From: an uncultured Candidatus Saccharibacteria bacterium
GTDB lineage: Bacteria > Patescibacteriota > Minisyncoccia > Phycocordibacterales > GCA-2401445
Length of the DNA: 64,000 nucleotides
Assembly: GCA_964436015.1 (NCBI GenBank)
Contig: CAYTAR010000004.1
Location: 23,454 to 87,453 of the forward strand
Direction of reading: 5' to 3'
Positions 10,147 to 19,693 of the stretch are shown one piece after another. The notes beneath the pieces are model-generated. The model was not told the DNA's origin and did no database searches. It saw nothing but the letters and a program-made list of their open reading frames with translations. The translations under genes and the position numbers were made by a program. Every line of letters begins with the position of its first letter. The first letter of the stretch is position 1.

Positions 10147-11298
10147 TTATAGACTCTCTGCACGTGCACTTCTCCACGATTCCTGCATACGCATAATAGT
10201 TTGCTCAATAGTTCCGAGCTTCATGAGTGCTTCTCTTCCATTTTGAATATACATATTTCTTTTTTCTTCATCCTGTAAGACCTGCACCACACCCTCCGCA
10301 AAACTATTCATATCATGAAGTGGCACTACCACACCACTCACCCCACTTTGAACGACCTCTCCTGCACATCCAACATCTGTCATAACCACTGGAAGTCTGC
10401 TTGCGAGCGCCTCAATCACCACCCTACCCCACCCTTCATAATTTGAAGACAACGCATACACATGAGCAGTTTTGTACATACTTGCCACATCGTCTGTCCA
10501 ATCATACATAAATACTTTCTCTCGTATTCTCAGACGCTCAATCTGAGAAGTAATATTCTTTTTTTCTGACCCACTACCAACAAGCACCAAACACGCTTCA
10601 GGGATGGAAACGAGCACTCGCGCAAACGCATCAATCAACAATGCGACATTTTTTTGTGGAACCATGCGTCCAACCCAAAGAACGAAAGGTCCGCTCATTC
10701 CCGTCTTCTCTTGCAGTCCTAACTTGGGGACCGCGTGTACATACTCTTCAACAGGAGTTACTACAGGAAAACATACAATTTTTTCCTTTTTTACTCCCAA
10801 AGAAATAAGTTTCTTTTCAATTCGCTTTGATACAACACGCACCTGTGTTGCGCGGGCTAGTACGAACAGCCCAATATTGTAGCGTATTCGGTTAAGGAGA
10901 GATTCTTTACGCCAATCAGGTGTACTGAAAAAATCACCGTGCTCTTGAACCTGTAGCGGAAGCCTGCATACCCTTGCGAGAATTAACCCCAATAACCCTG
11001 CTTCAAACGGATCTTGTGTACTCACCACCCAATCACGACGTTTGCTCTTCAAAATGAGTGAATATGAAATAAAAAAAGCACGCAGTAGATGAAAGAGCGG
11101 AATTCGGGCATTAGTGGGATATACATGCACGGAGTCGCCAATATGAGTAACATGGTTTTTAAGTCGTGCATGAGAAAAAACTACGATATGTTGCTCAAAC
11201 TCACTTCCTGCATACGCAACCTGCCTTCGTGCAGATCGCGAATATGATATGAACAAATCTTTATCACTCCCTATCGTAAGTATCGGAATTCTACTCAT
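10147..11298 (-). CDS. glycosyltransferase family 4
   Basis: EGWGRVVIEALASRLPVVMTDVGCAGEVV. Confidence 0.7.
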   Translation of the reverse strand: MSRIPILTIGSDKDLFISYSRSARRQVAYAGSEFEQHIVVFSHARLKNHVTHIGDSVHVYPTNARIPLFHLLRAFFISYSLILKSKRRDWVVSTQDPFEAGLLGLILARVCRLPLQVQEHGDFFSTPDWRKESLLNRIRYNIGLFVLARATQVRVVSKRIEKKLISLGVKKEKIVCFPVVTPVEEYVHAVPKLGLQEKTGMSGPFVLWVGRMVPQKNVALLIDAFARVLVSIPEACLVLVGSGSEKKNITSQIERLRIREKVFMYDWTDDVASMYKTAHVYALSSNYEGWGRVVIEALASRLPVVMTDVGCAGEVVQSGVSGVVVPLHDMNSFAEGVVQVLQDEEKRNMYIQNGREALMKLGTIEQTIMRMQESWRSARAESL

Positions 11299-12293
11299 AG
11301 TAATTTACAATATTCGGACACAATATCTTCCCACGTGTGAATCTTTTTAAAATTCTGCGCTTTTGATGCGTACGATTCATAGTATGCAGGATATGAAAGC
11401 GACCTGATTGCTTCAGCAAGCGCACTCACATCAAACGGATCAACACACACACCGACATCTCCTAGCTCCTCACACAAACCACTATCCTTTGTGAGGATAA
11501 ATGGTTTTCCGTAACGAAGTCCTTCAAGGATAATATTCGGCGCAACCTCCGAAAATGAAGGAACTACGATGACCCCTGCTTGTGCAATTTTCTCTTCCAG
11601 CCTATCAGGAGGAAATGTTCCAGTAATAAGCTCAATGCCTCCTTTCGTCTGTTTTACCTCATTAAATGCCTGTTGTAGTAACTCAATGTTTTTTAGCACA
11701 ATCGGTCTCCCCACTGCAAGAAATGTTTTTACTTCACCTTGCGTATGTAGAGTATTCTTTTTCTCACCATAGTAATTCTCAACAATGGCACATTTCTCCT
11801 CGGGAATTCCGTACGCTGTTTGTGTAAAACGCTTTTGCCACTCGGTGGTAAAAGCAACCACATCAGCATGGCGATATACTCTAGTAATTAAAAAACGAAC
11901 GCACTTCTCTTTAAAAGACAATGCTCTTTTTTCTAAGTAGAATTCACTCAAATGTACTTGTTGCTTTGTTCGTTCAACCCACATTTCCCACAAAAAATCA
12001 CCCCCCACACGAACTACGATTTTTTTCCGCATCACTTTTGCAGCACAGAGCGCAGGAAATCCTACACTAAAAGTATCGAGTGCAAGAACACCTTGTGTGC
12101 CAATGAGCTTAAAACAAGTCTTTAAGAAAAAGAATACATGTCGCACTCCTGTTGGAAGACGTTTCTCAAGCGAAAACCGCGCAATACGCACAGAATGCCC
12201 CATCTCATGCGCAGTATGTGTAATCATTGCCGCATACTTAGCGGGACCTCCTATATCTGGCGGAAAAATTCCTGTCGCAATTACAAATTTCAT
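11295..12293 (-). CDS. glycosyltransferase (GT-B, GT4-like)
   Basis: Architecture and operon context; start codon overlaps the neighbouring GT (ATGA). Confidence 0.5.
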   Translation of the reverse strand: MKFVIATGIFPPDIGGPAKYAAMITHTAHEMGHSVRIARFSLEKRLPTGVRHVFFFLKTCFKLIGTQGVLALDTFSVGFPALCAAKVMRKKIVVRVGGDFLWEMWVERTKQQVHLSEFYLEKRALSFKEKCVRFLITRVYRHADVVAFTTEWQKRFTQTAYGIPEEKCAIVENYYGEKKNTLHTQGEVKTFLAVGRPIVLKNIELLQQAFNEVKQTKGGIELITGTFPPDRLEEKIAQAGVIVVPSFSEVAPNIILEGLRYGKPFILTKDSGLCEELGDVGVCVDPFDVSALAEAIRSLSYPAYYESYASKAQNFKKIHTWEDIVSEYCKLL

Positions 12294-13459
12294 ACTTTTT
12301 TATGTAACGATTCACAGAGGGTTAAAAACTGTCCCGAAAGCGTGTCCCATACATACTTCTCCATAACCATTTTTTGTCCATTCTGAGCAATCATTCTCGC
12401 CTGTTCTGGAATATTTGCAAGCTCGCTCACTGCATGAACTAGCGCGCTTGGATTATCCGGTTCAATCAGTATTCCAGTCTTCCTATCTTGGAGAAAATCA
12501 ACAATACCCCCAACTGGAGTACCTATCACGGGCAACCCACATGCAAGTGCCTCAACAAAAGAATTACCGAAACCCTCACTTCGTGAAAGTCTTACAAAAA
12601 TATCGCTTGCGTGCAAATACTGGGGTAATTCATCCTGAGTAACACTTGGCACAAAATGTACACGGTCAATTACGGCAAGCTCTTTTGCGAGGGCATTAAG
12701 CGAACCACCAAGTGGTCCACTTCCGACTATAAGGACATGAACTTTTTTATTCAACAGAGGCAGAGTGCGAATCAGTGTATCAAGTCCGTTTTTATACACC
12801 AGTCGTGACGTGCTTACTAGTACATACGCACTCGTCGGTATGTGTAGTTTTTGTCGCAACGCATTTCGCCCAACCTCTGATGCCCGAGCAGTGAATACTG
12901 ATATATCTACTCCGTTAGGGAGTAGTGTAATAGGTGCCTTTGTTCCACTTTGTTTTGCACGGTGTATAAGATACTTACTTATTGCGGTAATATGGGTTGC
13001 ACGACGAATCGGAAAATAGTGCATTGGCTGTACAATCAAACGATACAAAAGCTCATTTCCAAACACGTATCGCTTTAGGTATCGCTCATCGTCCCCTTCT
13101 TGCAAGGTTACCACAAACTCTTTTTTGTTACGGATAGTATGAAAGAGTGCTCCTGCAATACTTCCGAAACTAGCCATAATACCCCACACACAATCATAGG
13201 TAGTCTTTCGCGAACGGACCAATGCGACAAAAAAACCAGTTACTGGAAATACATACTTATCAATTGGATGCCCGATCCCAACCCGACGAACATTGATACT
13301 CCCCACACGCTCTCGTTTTGGAAGTGTCCGTGAATATCTCGGGGTCAACATATCAAACGCAATCCGCTCAGGCGGAATACGCTTCGTGAGCTCATGCACG
13401 GCTATCTCCGCCCCGCCAATGTGAGGCAAATAGTCTGTACTAAAAATAAGGATTTTCAT
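12290..13459 (-). CDS. glycosyltransferase family 4
   Basis: SRSEGFGNSFVEALACGLPVIGTPVGG. Confidence 0.7.
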   Translation of the reverse strand: MKILIFSTDYLPHIGGAEIAVHELTKRIPPERIAFDMLTPRYSRTLPKRERVGSINVRRVGIGHPIDKYVFPVTGFFVALVRSRKTTYDCVWGIMASFGSIAGALFHTIRNKKEFVVTLQEGDDERYLKRYVFGNELLYRLIVQPMHYFPIRRATHITAISKYLIHRAKQSGTKAPITLLPNGVDISVFTARASEVGRNALRQKLHIPTSAYVLVSTSRLVYKNGLDTLIRTLPLLNKKVHVLIVGSGPLGGSLNALAKELAVIDRVHFVPSVTQDELPQYLHASDIFVRLSRSEGFGNSFVEALACGLPVIGTPVGGIVDFLQDRKTGILIEPDNPSALVHAVSELANIPEQARMIAQNGQKMVMEKYVWDTLSGQFLTLCESLHKKV

Positions 13460-14994
13460 TCTTCCTCTAGTATATCGTACTCGTCTGCTTCGCGTATCCC
13501 CTGCTTACGGTACTGATACAGTGCGTACACCGGCATGAAACCAAGGGGAATAAGCGCGAGTAACCACCAGACTATACCATCCCCATTCTGAGGTGTCATT
13601 CCTGAAGAAACCTGCGCCACTAAGGTGCTTGTATTGATGCTTGTATCAACTATTGGCAGAAAATCCTCTTCCACATCCTCAACTGTATCCTTCTTGTTTT
13701 TATCATTGTCCTCATTCAAAACTGCGACCGTACGTTCATCTTCCGGGAGAGTGATAATTTTCTCACTAACTACACGACTACTCGGTATGTCTTGTGGTGT
13801 TGTTTTTTGATATGACTGAGGATTCACGGTGGACGCTTGTAGTGCAGGCACAGCATAACGCGCAATCTCTGTACCAAGCGTATTACGCAGAAGTACCGTG
13901 TCAGAAGGACTAAACACCAACCCAGTTGCGTGAGTACCGAACGGTGCCGTACTTTTTGGAGCAAGCATAGTCCCGCTCGGAAAAACAAACACACCATTTT
14001 GGGTTGAAATACTCCACGAAGTAATATCAATCGCGAGTGTTGAGTCATTACGCACTGACACGTATCCATCACTTCCTGTTTTGACGTCTATCAATGTAAG
14101 AGTAGGAGTTACTACTGTAACAGTTACATAGTCTGAAGCGGTAAACTCACCGGACGAAACAGATAACACTGCAGTATACACCCCAGCGTGCCTATATCTA
14201 TGGAGTACATTTTTCCCCTCCAAAAAAGTACCGTCACCGAAATTCCAGGTATACCGTGCAATAGAAAGAGGTTCACCCTTAAGTCCAAACCCCTCTCCGC
14301 GAAACTCAATATCAGCACCAACGAACGCGGTTCGGTCAATGCCTGCGTTTGCTTCTATTTTCTTTTGACCATCATGACGCAGTGGTACAGACCCGCTATC
14401 TTGAGTAGTAATATCCGCCTCCTCATCTGTGCTCGAAGATGTATTCTCTTGCGTATACTGAACTATTGAGGCGCCAGAATTACTATTTTCTTTTCCCGGA
14501 GTTGGATTAAAAGCTCCCCACGAACCATTCACCAGCTGGAGCGAAAGCCCGTCATTTTTCGCACCCCACTCTGAGGTATAAGTAACAGAATCAACAATAG
14601 GAGCATCTTTCTTCCCTGATTTCATGGCAATCGTCTCGCTATCAGTCAATGCAAAAACAGACCTAAGTAGCAACCCGTTAAATGAAGTGAAATAATTCTT
14701 AAATGCGGTAGGGTCGCGTGAAATTATTGCGTACCCATTTGGAGGAATTACCCCCTCCCCTTCAACAACCGCGGTAATTCCATGATCAACTTCATTTTCA
14801 TAGAAAATCCACTCAGTGAGATTAATAGTATCCCCACTTATATTTTGCACCTCTATCCATTCGCTTCCAGATGTAGAATCCGTTTTAAACGGATCGTACA
14901 TAATTTCAGTAATTTGAACACTCGCACTCATCATAGCGGGATACAGTATCCCGCTCAAAAGTAATAAAATTAAAAATACATTACTCCTCTCCAT
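13456..14994 (-). CDS. membrane-anchored surface protein: lamin-tail domain – PKD domain – second LTD-like domain – S/T-rich linker – C-terminal TM
   Basis: Signal peptide. LTD motif ITEIMYDP…SEWIEVQNISGDTINLTEWIF. PKD motif YTWNFGDGT…HRYRHAGVYTAVLSV. C-terminal WWLLALIPLGFMPVYALY. Confidence 0.65.
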   Translation of the reverse strand: MERSNVFLILLLLSGILYPAMMSASVQITEIMYDPFKTDSTSGSEWIEVQNISGDTINLTEWIFYENEVDHGITAVVEGEGVIPPNGYAIISRDPTAFKNYFTSFNGLLLRSVFALTDSETIAMKSGKKDAPIVDSVTYTSEWGAKNDGLSLQLVNGSWGAFNPTPGKENSNSGASIVQYTQENTSSSTDEEADITTQDSGSVPLRHDGQKKIEANAGIDRTAFVGADIEFRGEGFGLKGEPLSIARYTWNFGDGTFLEGKNVLHRYRHAGVYTAVLSVSSGEFTASDYVTVTVVTPTLTLIDVKTGSDGYVSVRNDSTLAIDITSWSISTQNGVFVFPSGTMLAPKSTAPFGTHATGLVFSPSDTVLLRNTLGTEIARYAVPALQASTVNPQSYQKTTPQDIPSSRVVSEKIITLPEDERTVAVLNEDNDKNKKDTVEDVEEDFLPIVDTSINTSTLVAQVSSGMTPQNGDGIVWWLLALIPLGFMPVYALYQYRKQGIREADEYDILEEE

Positions 14995-16762
14995 TAATTA
15001 TTTCTTTGAGCCTACGTTCAGGAATTTCCTTTACGGTAGTTTCTTCGTCTCTTTTGACTTTTGGAGTCACTGAGTCCTCAGAGTTCTCCGTCTCGGCAGA
15101 GGCAGTTCCCGGCTGTTTCAAAAGTGAAGCGAGTGCATTTCTTAATTCATTTCTCCGCTCATCACTCGGGCCTTTTGTGTCGCGAGGAGCTGTTTTGTCT
15201 TTCCGAGAGAGAGATGTAAGCGAAATAGGAGTAGCAGATTCCTGAGGAGAAGGTACGTGGTGTTCCTCCGAGGGTTTGATATTCTGCAAGTCCAGTGGTG
15301 TTTCCGGCACACGAGGGGTATGATGCTTTTTAGGAGGGTTTTCTGTACGCACTGGTGATTCACGACGAATTTCTTGCAATGGACGTCGTTGCGCATCGTG
15401 CTGATTTGGGCGCTTGTGTGAATCACTACCATTTCTCTGTTCGGTGTGTTGAACTTTCTTCGGGTCGGGTATCGGAGCGAGTGTTTTTCGTACCGCCTCT
15501 TCAACAAACGCGCGAGGTTGTGCAAAATTCTTCCGAGAAGTCTCAATTATTTTTTCTTTCTGACTTACAGAGGGGAGTGGAATCGGTCCAATAGTAGTCG
15601 CTGAAAAGGGCTGAGATCCAACTCCGTCTATCATGAGTTTCAAATAAATTTGAGTAAATCCAAGATTAACCAAGTCTTCAGCGGTAAACACGGGTGCAAA
15701 TTCTTTTTCAAGTGTTTCCGCATCATACGCCCCGACTCTAAATGTAATCATCGTTCCCACGTTCCCAAACACCGCAGCCCGCACCTCCTCAGACATTTGT
15801 TCAATATACTGATGAGCAATGGTGAGATTCAACTTGTACTTTCTTGCCTCAGACAAAATATCCGCAAACGACTCGTTAGCAAAAGACTGGAATTCGTCCA
15901 CATACAAATAAAAATTTGGAAGATTCTTCTGCAAATGATCCTGATTAACATCAGCACGAGACATTGCAGATAGGTATATTTTAGTAATAAGCATGGAGCC
16001 GATAAGGTTTGCGTTTGCCTCACCAACCCGCCCCTTTGAAAGGTTAATAATAATAATCTTCTTTTCATCCATCATTCGTCGCAAGTCAAAAGAAGACTTT
16101 GGCTGACCAATAATATTTCTAATTAAGGGATTAGAAGTAAACTGTCCAACCTTATTTTGAATTGCAGGAGTTGCCTCTGCGGTAAAACGATCGGTATAGT
16201 TTGCAAACTCATCAACCCAAAACGAACGGACCGATGCATCAGTGATGTGCTCAACTACTTTTTTCCGGTACAGCTTGTCAGAGAGCATGCGGTTGACTGA
16301 AAGCAAAGTTGCATCGGGATACTCAAGAAGTGCAAGTAGTGTATTGGTTAAAATGTACTCCATTCGAGCACTCCACGCATCCGCCCAAATCTTCTTAAAC
16401 GTGGACATGAGCCCAGAGACCACCAAGTGTCGTTTGTCATACCCAACATCTTCCATTACGTTAAATGAAATTGGATGCTCTAAATCAAACGGGGCAAAGT
16501 ACATCACGTCGTTCTTTCTCTCTTCTGGAACGTAGTCCAAAAGCAATTCGGCAGTCTTACCGTGCGGGTCAATAAATGCCATACCCTCCCCGTTTTTCAT
16601 ATCTTGAACCGCCATATTTTCAAGCAGTGTGGACTTACCCATGCCTGTTTTTCCAATCACATATACATGCTTCGTGCGATCCTTCGCTTTAATTCCAAAA
16701 GGTATGCGCTTATTCCGCGCATCGGTCTCCGCAAAATAGGTAATTCGCTCTTCGTTATACAT
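14981..16762 (-). CDS. FtsK/HerA-superfamily ATPase, VirD4/TraD (type IV coupling protein)-like, with a ~170-aa disordered C-terminal tail
   Basis: Walker A HVYVIGKTGMGKST. FIDPHG and YLYVDEFQSF (Walker B-like) motifs. LTIAHQYIEQM. C-terminal P/E/K/R-rich low-complexity region. Overlaps the LTD-PKD gene by 14 nt. Confidence 0.55.
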   Translation of the reverse strand: MYNEERITYFAETDARNKRIPFGIKAKDRTKHVYVIGKTGMGKSTLLENMAVQDMKNGEGMAFIDPHGKTAELLLDYVPEERKNDVMYFAPFDLEHPISFNVMEDVGYDKRHLVVSGLMSTFKKIWADAWSARMEYILTNTLLALLEYPDATLLSVNRMLSDKLYRKKVVEHITDASVRSFWVDEFANYTDRFTAEATPAIQNKVGQFTSNPLIRNIIGQPKSSFDLRRMMDEKKIIIINLSKGRVGEANANLIGSMLITKIYLSAMSRADVNQDHLQKNLPNFYLYVDEFQSFANESFADILSEARKYKLNLTIAHQYIEQMSEEVRAAVFGNVGTMITFRVGAYDAETLEKEFAPVFTAEDLVNLGFTQIYLKLMIDGVGSQPFSATTIGPIPLPSVSQKEKIIETSRKNFAQPRAFVEEAVRKTLAPIPDPKKVQHTEQRNGSDSHKRPNQHDAQRRPLQEIRRESPVRTENPPKKHHTPRVPETPLDLQNIKPSEEHHVPSPQESATPISLTSLSRKDKTAPRDTKGPSDERRNELRNALASLLKQPGTASAETENSEDSVTPKVKRDEETTVKEIPERRLKEIINGEE

Positions 16763-16803
16763 TGTTGTTAGTATATCATTTCGTTCTCAGAGTGAACGTG
16801 CAT

Positions 16804-16835
16804 AAAACCCCCGAGAGTAGAACTCTCGGGGGTTT
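16804..16835. terminator. rho-independent terminator hairpin
   Basis: aaaaccccc-gagagtagaactctc-gggggttt. Confidence 0.5.
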
Positions 16836-16854
16836 GATTAAGACGGGGAACGCG

Positions 16855-17011
16855 TCAGGTTTGCTGAACCGGACGACACACAATGTGCCGACCGATTTTT
16901 TGTTCTTTCCACTGCACCGCGCGATAGGCGGGACCGAGGATAAGTTCCGCGGTCGCCCTACCCGGCGACGCAAGACGACGTTTCGTTTTGACTTTTCCGT
17001 CTCTGGCAGAC
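16855..17011 (-). CDS. small basic ORF (52 aa) in a locally GC-rich segment; could instead be a small RNA
   Basis: Own translation: MSARDGKVKTKRRLASPGRATAELILGPAYRAVQWKEQKIGRHIVCRPVQQT. Followed by the terminator at 16804-16835. Not on the track (<60 aa). Confidence 0.25.
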
Positions 17012-17114
17012 ATAGTATGAACTCCTAATTACTGAGGTTTGAGAAATGAGCAGAACACAACTAGACACACCACACGCATGCCTAAAACCACTCTGATTTA
17101 CAGTATAGCCAACA

Positions 17115-18335
17115 TTACTCTATATAGTCAAGTGCACTCGTTGTATATCTGTTTGATGGTGACCAAATATAGTAGCTCGTAAGTCCAACGTCATGTAAAG
17201 CCTGAATCTGAGCCCTAATTTTAGTCTCATCATAGGTGGCGCCCAAATTAAAATCTTGTATCCACGGACGGAGTTTAAGCGGTGTACTTGATGCTCTTTT
17301 TACCGCCTCTGACATTGAGTAGTGGATAATGGCATACGGGAACTCTGCGGGATTTGCTAATCCAATAAAATTCGGTGGATAATGTGACGGGTAAATCATT
17401 GGCGCAACATAGTCAGCATACGGCAGTACGTCTTCAAGCACTTGTCCAATATTTAGATCGTCCCTGTTTGTTGTGGTCATACCAAACACATCATGTGATA
17501 TGGCGGGACCACTCGTTCCGTACGCTGAACCTATGAAAGCAAAAAATTCTCTCATTACCTCACGTTTTACCCTCCCCTCACTAAACGGGTATGCAATATC
17601 TCTCATGTTTCCATCTGATGGAAATCTCACATAATCAAAATTAAGTTCATCAAAACCGATTTCATACGAATACTTTCCGAGAGTATATACGTACTCCCAC
17701 ATTCCCTTACTTCCCGCATCTATCCAACTGATTCCTTTGTGATCCTTCCATACACCTCCATCACTCGCGCGCTTTACCGCCCACTCGGGGAATTGCGCCA
17801 CTACGTGAGGGTCTTGGAACACGGGGATACGTCCGATAACATATATCCCCTTATCGTGAAGGGTACCAATGAACTCTTTCATATCTGACACGAAACAATC
17901 ATGTTTGGTTGCACTATCATACACGGGGTCACCTGTTGCGAAAGAAATTTTTCCATACTCGTCTTTCACATTGATAATAATTGCATTTAGTGTTGTCTGC
18001 TCAACAAGTGATACGAGCTGATTTCTAAAAGAGGGCGTCGCTGCAACACACGCTGTCATATATATAGCCCGCATTGGCTCCGGTGTCTCCACATGAGTTA
18101 CCACAAAAGCAGGAGGGGGTGGTGGAACAATTTCTTTTTCTACACTTACACTACTAGCAGACACCTCTTCAGGGTGTGTCGAAACATATACTACCGAGCT
18201 TTGATTGGGAATGAAAAAAAAGATGATATATCCAAATACACAAAGAATGAGAACACTTATTAGTGGTAGCGTAAATCGAGAATTGTGAAGCATGAACCTA
18301 TTGTCGTTCTTCTGATAATTCTTCCTGCCGTTCAT
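17115..18335 (-). CDS. putative glycoside-hydrolase-like TIM-barrel protein (GHL10/GHL15 type), membrane-anchored
   Basis: N-terminal TM; AIYMTACVAATP…NAIIINVKDEYG…FDELNFDYVRFPSDG pattern. Confidence 0.45.
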   Translation of the reverse strand: MNGRKNYQKNDNRFMLHNSRFTLPLISVLILCVFGYIIFFFIPNQSSVVYVSTHPEEVSASSVSVEKEIVPPPPPAFVVTHVETPEPMRAIYMTACVAATPSFRNQLVSLVEQTTLNAIIINVKDEYGKISFATGDPVYDSATKHDCFVSDMKEFIGTLHDKGIYVIGRIPVFQDPHVVAQFPEWAVKRASDGGVWKDHKGISWIDAGSKGMWEYVYTLGKYSYEIGFDELNFDYVRFPSDGNMRDIAYPFSEGRVKREVMREFFAFIGSAYGTSGPAISHDVFGMTTTNRDDLNIGQVLEDVLPYADYVAPMIYPSHYPPNFIGLANPAEFPYAIIHYSMSEAVKRASSTPLKLRPWIQDFNLGATYDETKIRAQIQALHDVGLTSYYIWSPSNRYTTSALDYIE

Positions 18336-18666
18336 CTTCCTCTTGTATTACATGGGTAGCTACTGATTCATCTTGGAAAGAATCTTCGGGATCGGTTTGA
18401 CTATAAGTATCTATCTCTCCGTATGCATCTTCAAGTTCGCGCCGTAAAGAAAAAGCACACACCACAATGAGCGATCCCACAATCATCAAAGCAACAGTCT
18501 TCCACTCACTGTAGACACCCAACAGTGGAATAATTAAAGTGATACTGCCAAGCCATATTAGTATAGTTGTCCTTCCCATACGCACTAAGTATATCCGAGA
18601 ACTTGCGTGTATCAAAATTTGACCACCGTGTACATTAGCCGTAGAGTATACGTAGAAAGTAATCAT
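18298..18666 (-). CDS. small membrane protein with acidic C-terminal tail
   Basis: 2 predicted TM helices; overlaps the upstream gene end. Confidence 0.35.
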   Translation of the reverse strand: MITFYVYSTANVHGGQILIHASSRIYLVRMGRTTILIWLGSITLIIPLLGVYSEWKTVALMIVGSLIVVCAFSLRRELEDAYGEIDTYSQTDPEDSFQDESVATHVIQEEDERQEELSEERQ

Positions 18667-18951
18667 ATGTTCACATCCAAACCTCTCTCTATTTCTTCCG
18701 CCGAATTTGACGGAATTATTGGCTGGGGGTTTGAGTTACATCACCCTTCAGCAGGTATATTCAAAGGAATACTAACTTCCTTTAACATTCACACCGATCC
18801 AACTCATGTTGATATTCGCTGGTTGGAACAAAGTGAAATACGGACCGTCACGCTCAGGTTTACCAAGTGGAAAAAAACCACTAACAAAATTGAATTTACC
18901 ACAGACATCCCTCACGAATACGGTTCGTTCCAAAAAAACCCGCCCTCATAG
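18667..18951 (+). CDS. hypothetical protein
   Basis: Plus-strand ORF (likely start MFTSKPLS) ending in the terminator hairpin cccgc-cctcatagt-gcggg at 18933-18966. Confidence 0.35.
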   Translation: MFTSKPLSISSAEFDGIIGWGFELHHPSAGIFKGILTSFNIHTDPTHVDIRWLEQSEIRTVTLRFTKWKKTTNKIEFTTDIPHEYGSFQKNPPS

Positions 18952-19014
18952 TGCGGGTTTTATTTATCTTCAATGTAGAAACTACCCCCCCCAATGTCTC
19001 AAACTCTATCCAAA

Positions 19015-19692
19015 CTACGGAGCTACAATAATTGCGAATTCGCCTCGAAGTTTATCTGGATTTTGTTTAAAGTATTCAATAATTTCTTGTGGCTTACCCT
19101 CCACCACTTCTTCATATATTTTTGTCAGCTCTCGCGCAACCGCAATGGTGCGTTCCGGCACATACTGCTGTAGTGAAGCAAACGTTTTCTCAATTCTATG
19201 TGGAGACTCGTAGAAAACAGTCGTACGTCTCATGCTCGCAATTTCTTTAAAAAGAGTCTCCCTCCCTTTCTTATGTGGTAAAAAACCCAGAAAAGTAAAC
19301 TCATGTGTTGGTAACCCAGAAATAGAAAGTGCAGCGATAACCGCAGAAGCTCCTGGCACTACCACCACATGTACATCAGGAATTTCAGAGCGTACCCGCG
19401 ACACCAGTACACTTCCTGGATCAGAAATTCCAGGCGTTCCCGCATCCGAAACGAGTGCAAGTTTTTTTCCTTCACGTAGAAGGGTAACGATTAAATCTTC
19501 TTTATGCTCGGTGCTATGTGCGTGATATGACTGTGTTCTTGTGGGCACCCCATATGCATCAAGAAGTCGTTTCGTCATGCGGGTGTCTTCACACAATATC
19601 AAGTCAACTTCCTTGAGTACACGAAGTGCACGGAGAGTTATATCCTCAAGGTTACCAATCGGTGTTGCAATCACATACAGTGTTCCTGACAT
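19015..19692 (-). CDS. rsmI: 16S rRNA (cytidine1402-2'-O)-methyltransferase
   Basis: LYVIATPIGNLEDITLRALRVLKEVDLILCEDTR…SDAGTPGISDPG. Confidence 0.85.
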   Translation of the reverse strand: MSGTLYVIATPIGNLEDITLRALRVLKEVDLILCEDTRMTKRLLDAYGVPTRTQSYHAHSTEHKEDLIVTLLREGKKLALVSDAGTPGISDPGSVLVSRVRSEIPDVHVVVVPGASAVIAALSISGLPTHEFTFLGFLPHKKGRETLFKEIASMRRTTVFYESPHRIEKTFASLQQYVPERTIAVARELTKIYEEVVEGKPQEIIEYFKQNPDKLRGEFAIIVAP

Positions 19693-19693
19693 A

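Noticed and set aside
16855-17011. Assignment of the 52-aa basic ORF to a specific ribosomal protein (L28, L32, L34 considered)
   Set aside because: Sequence comparison from memory did not give a convincing match, so it is left as a hypothetical small ORF or possible sRNA.
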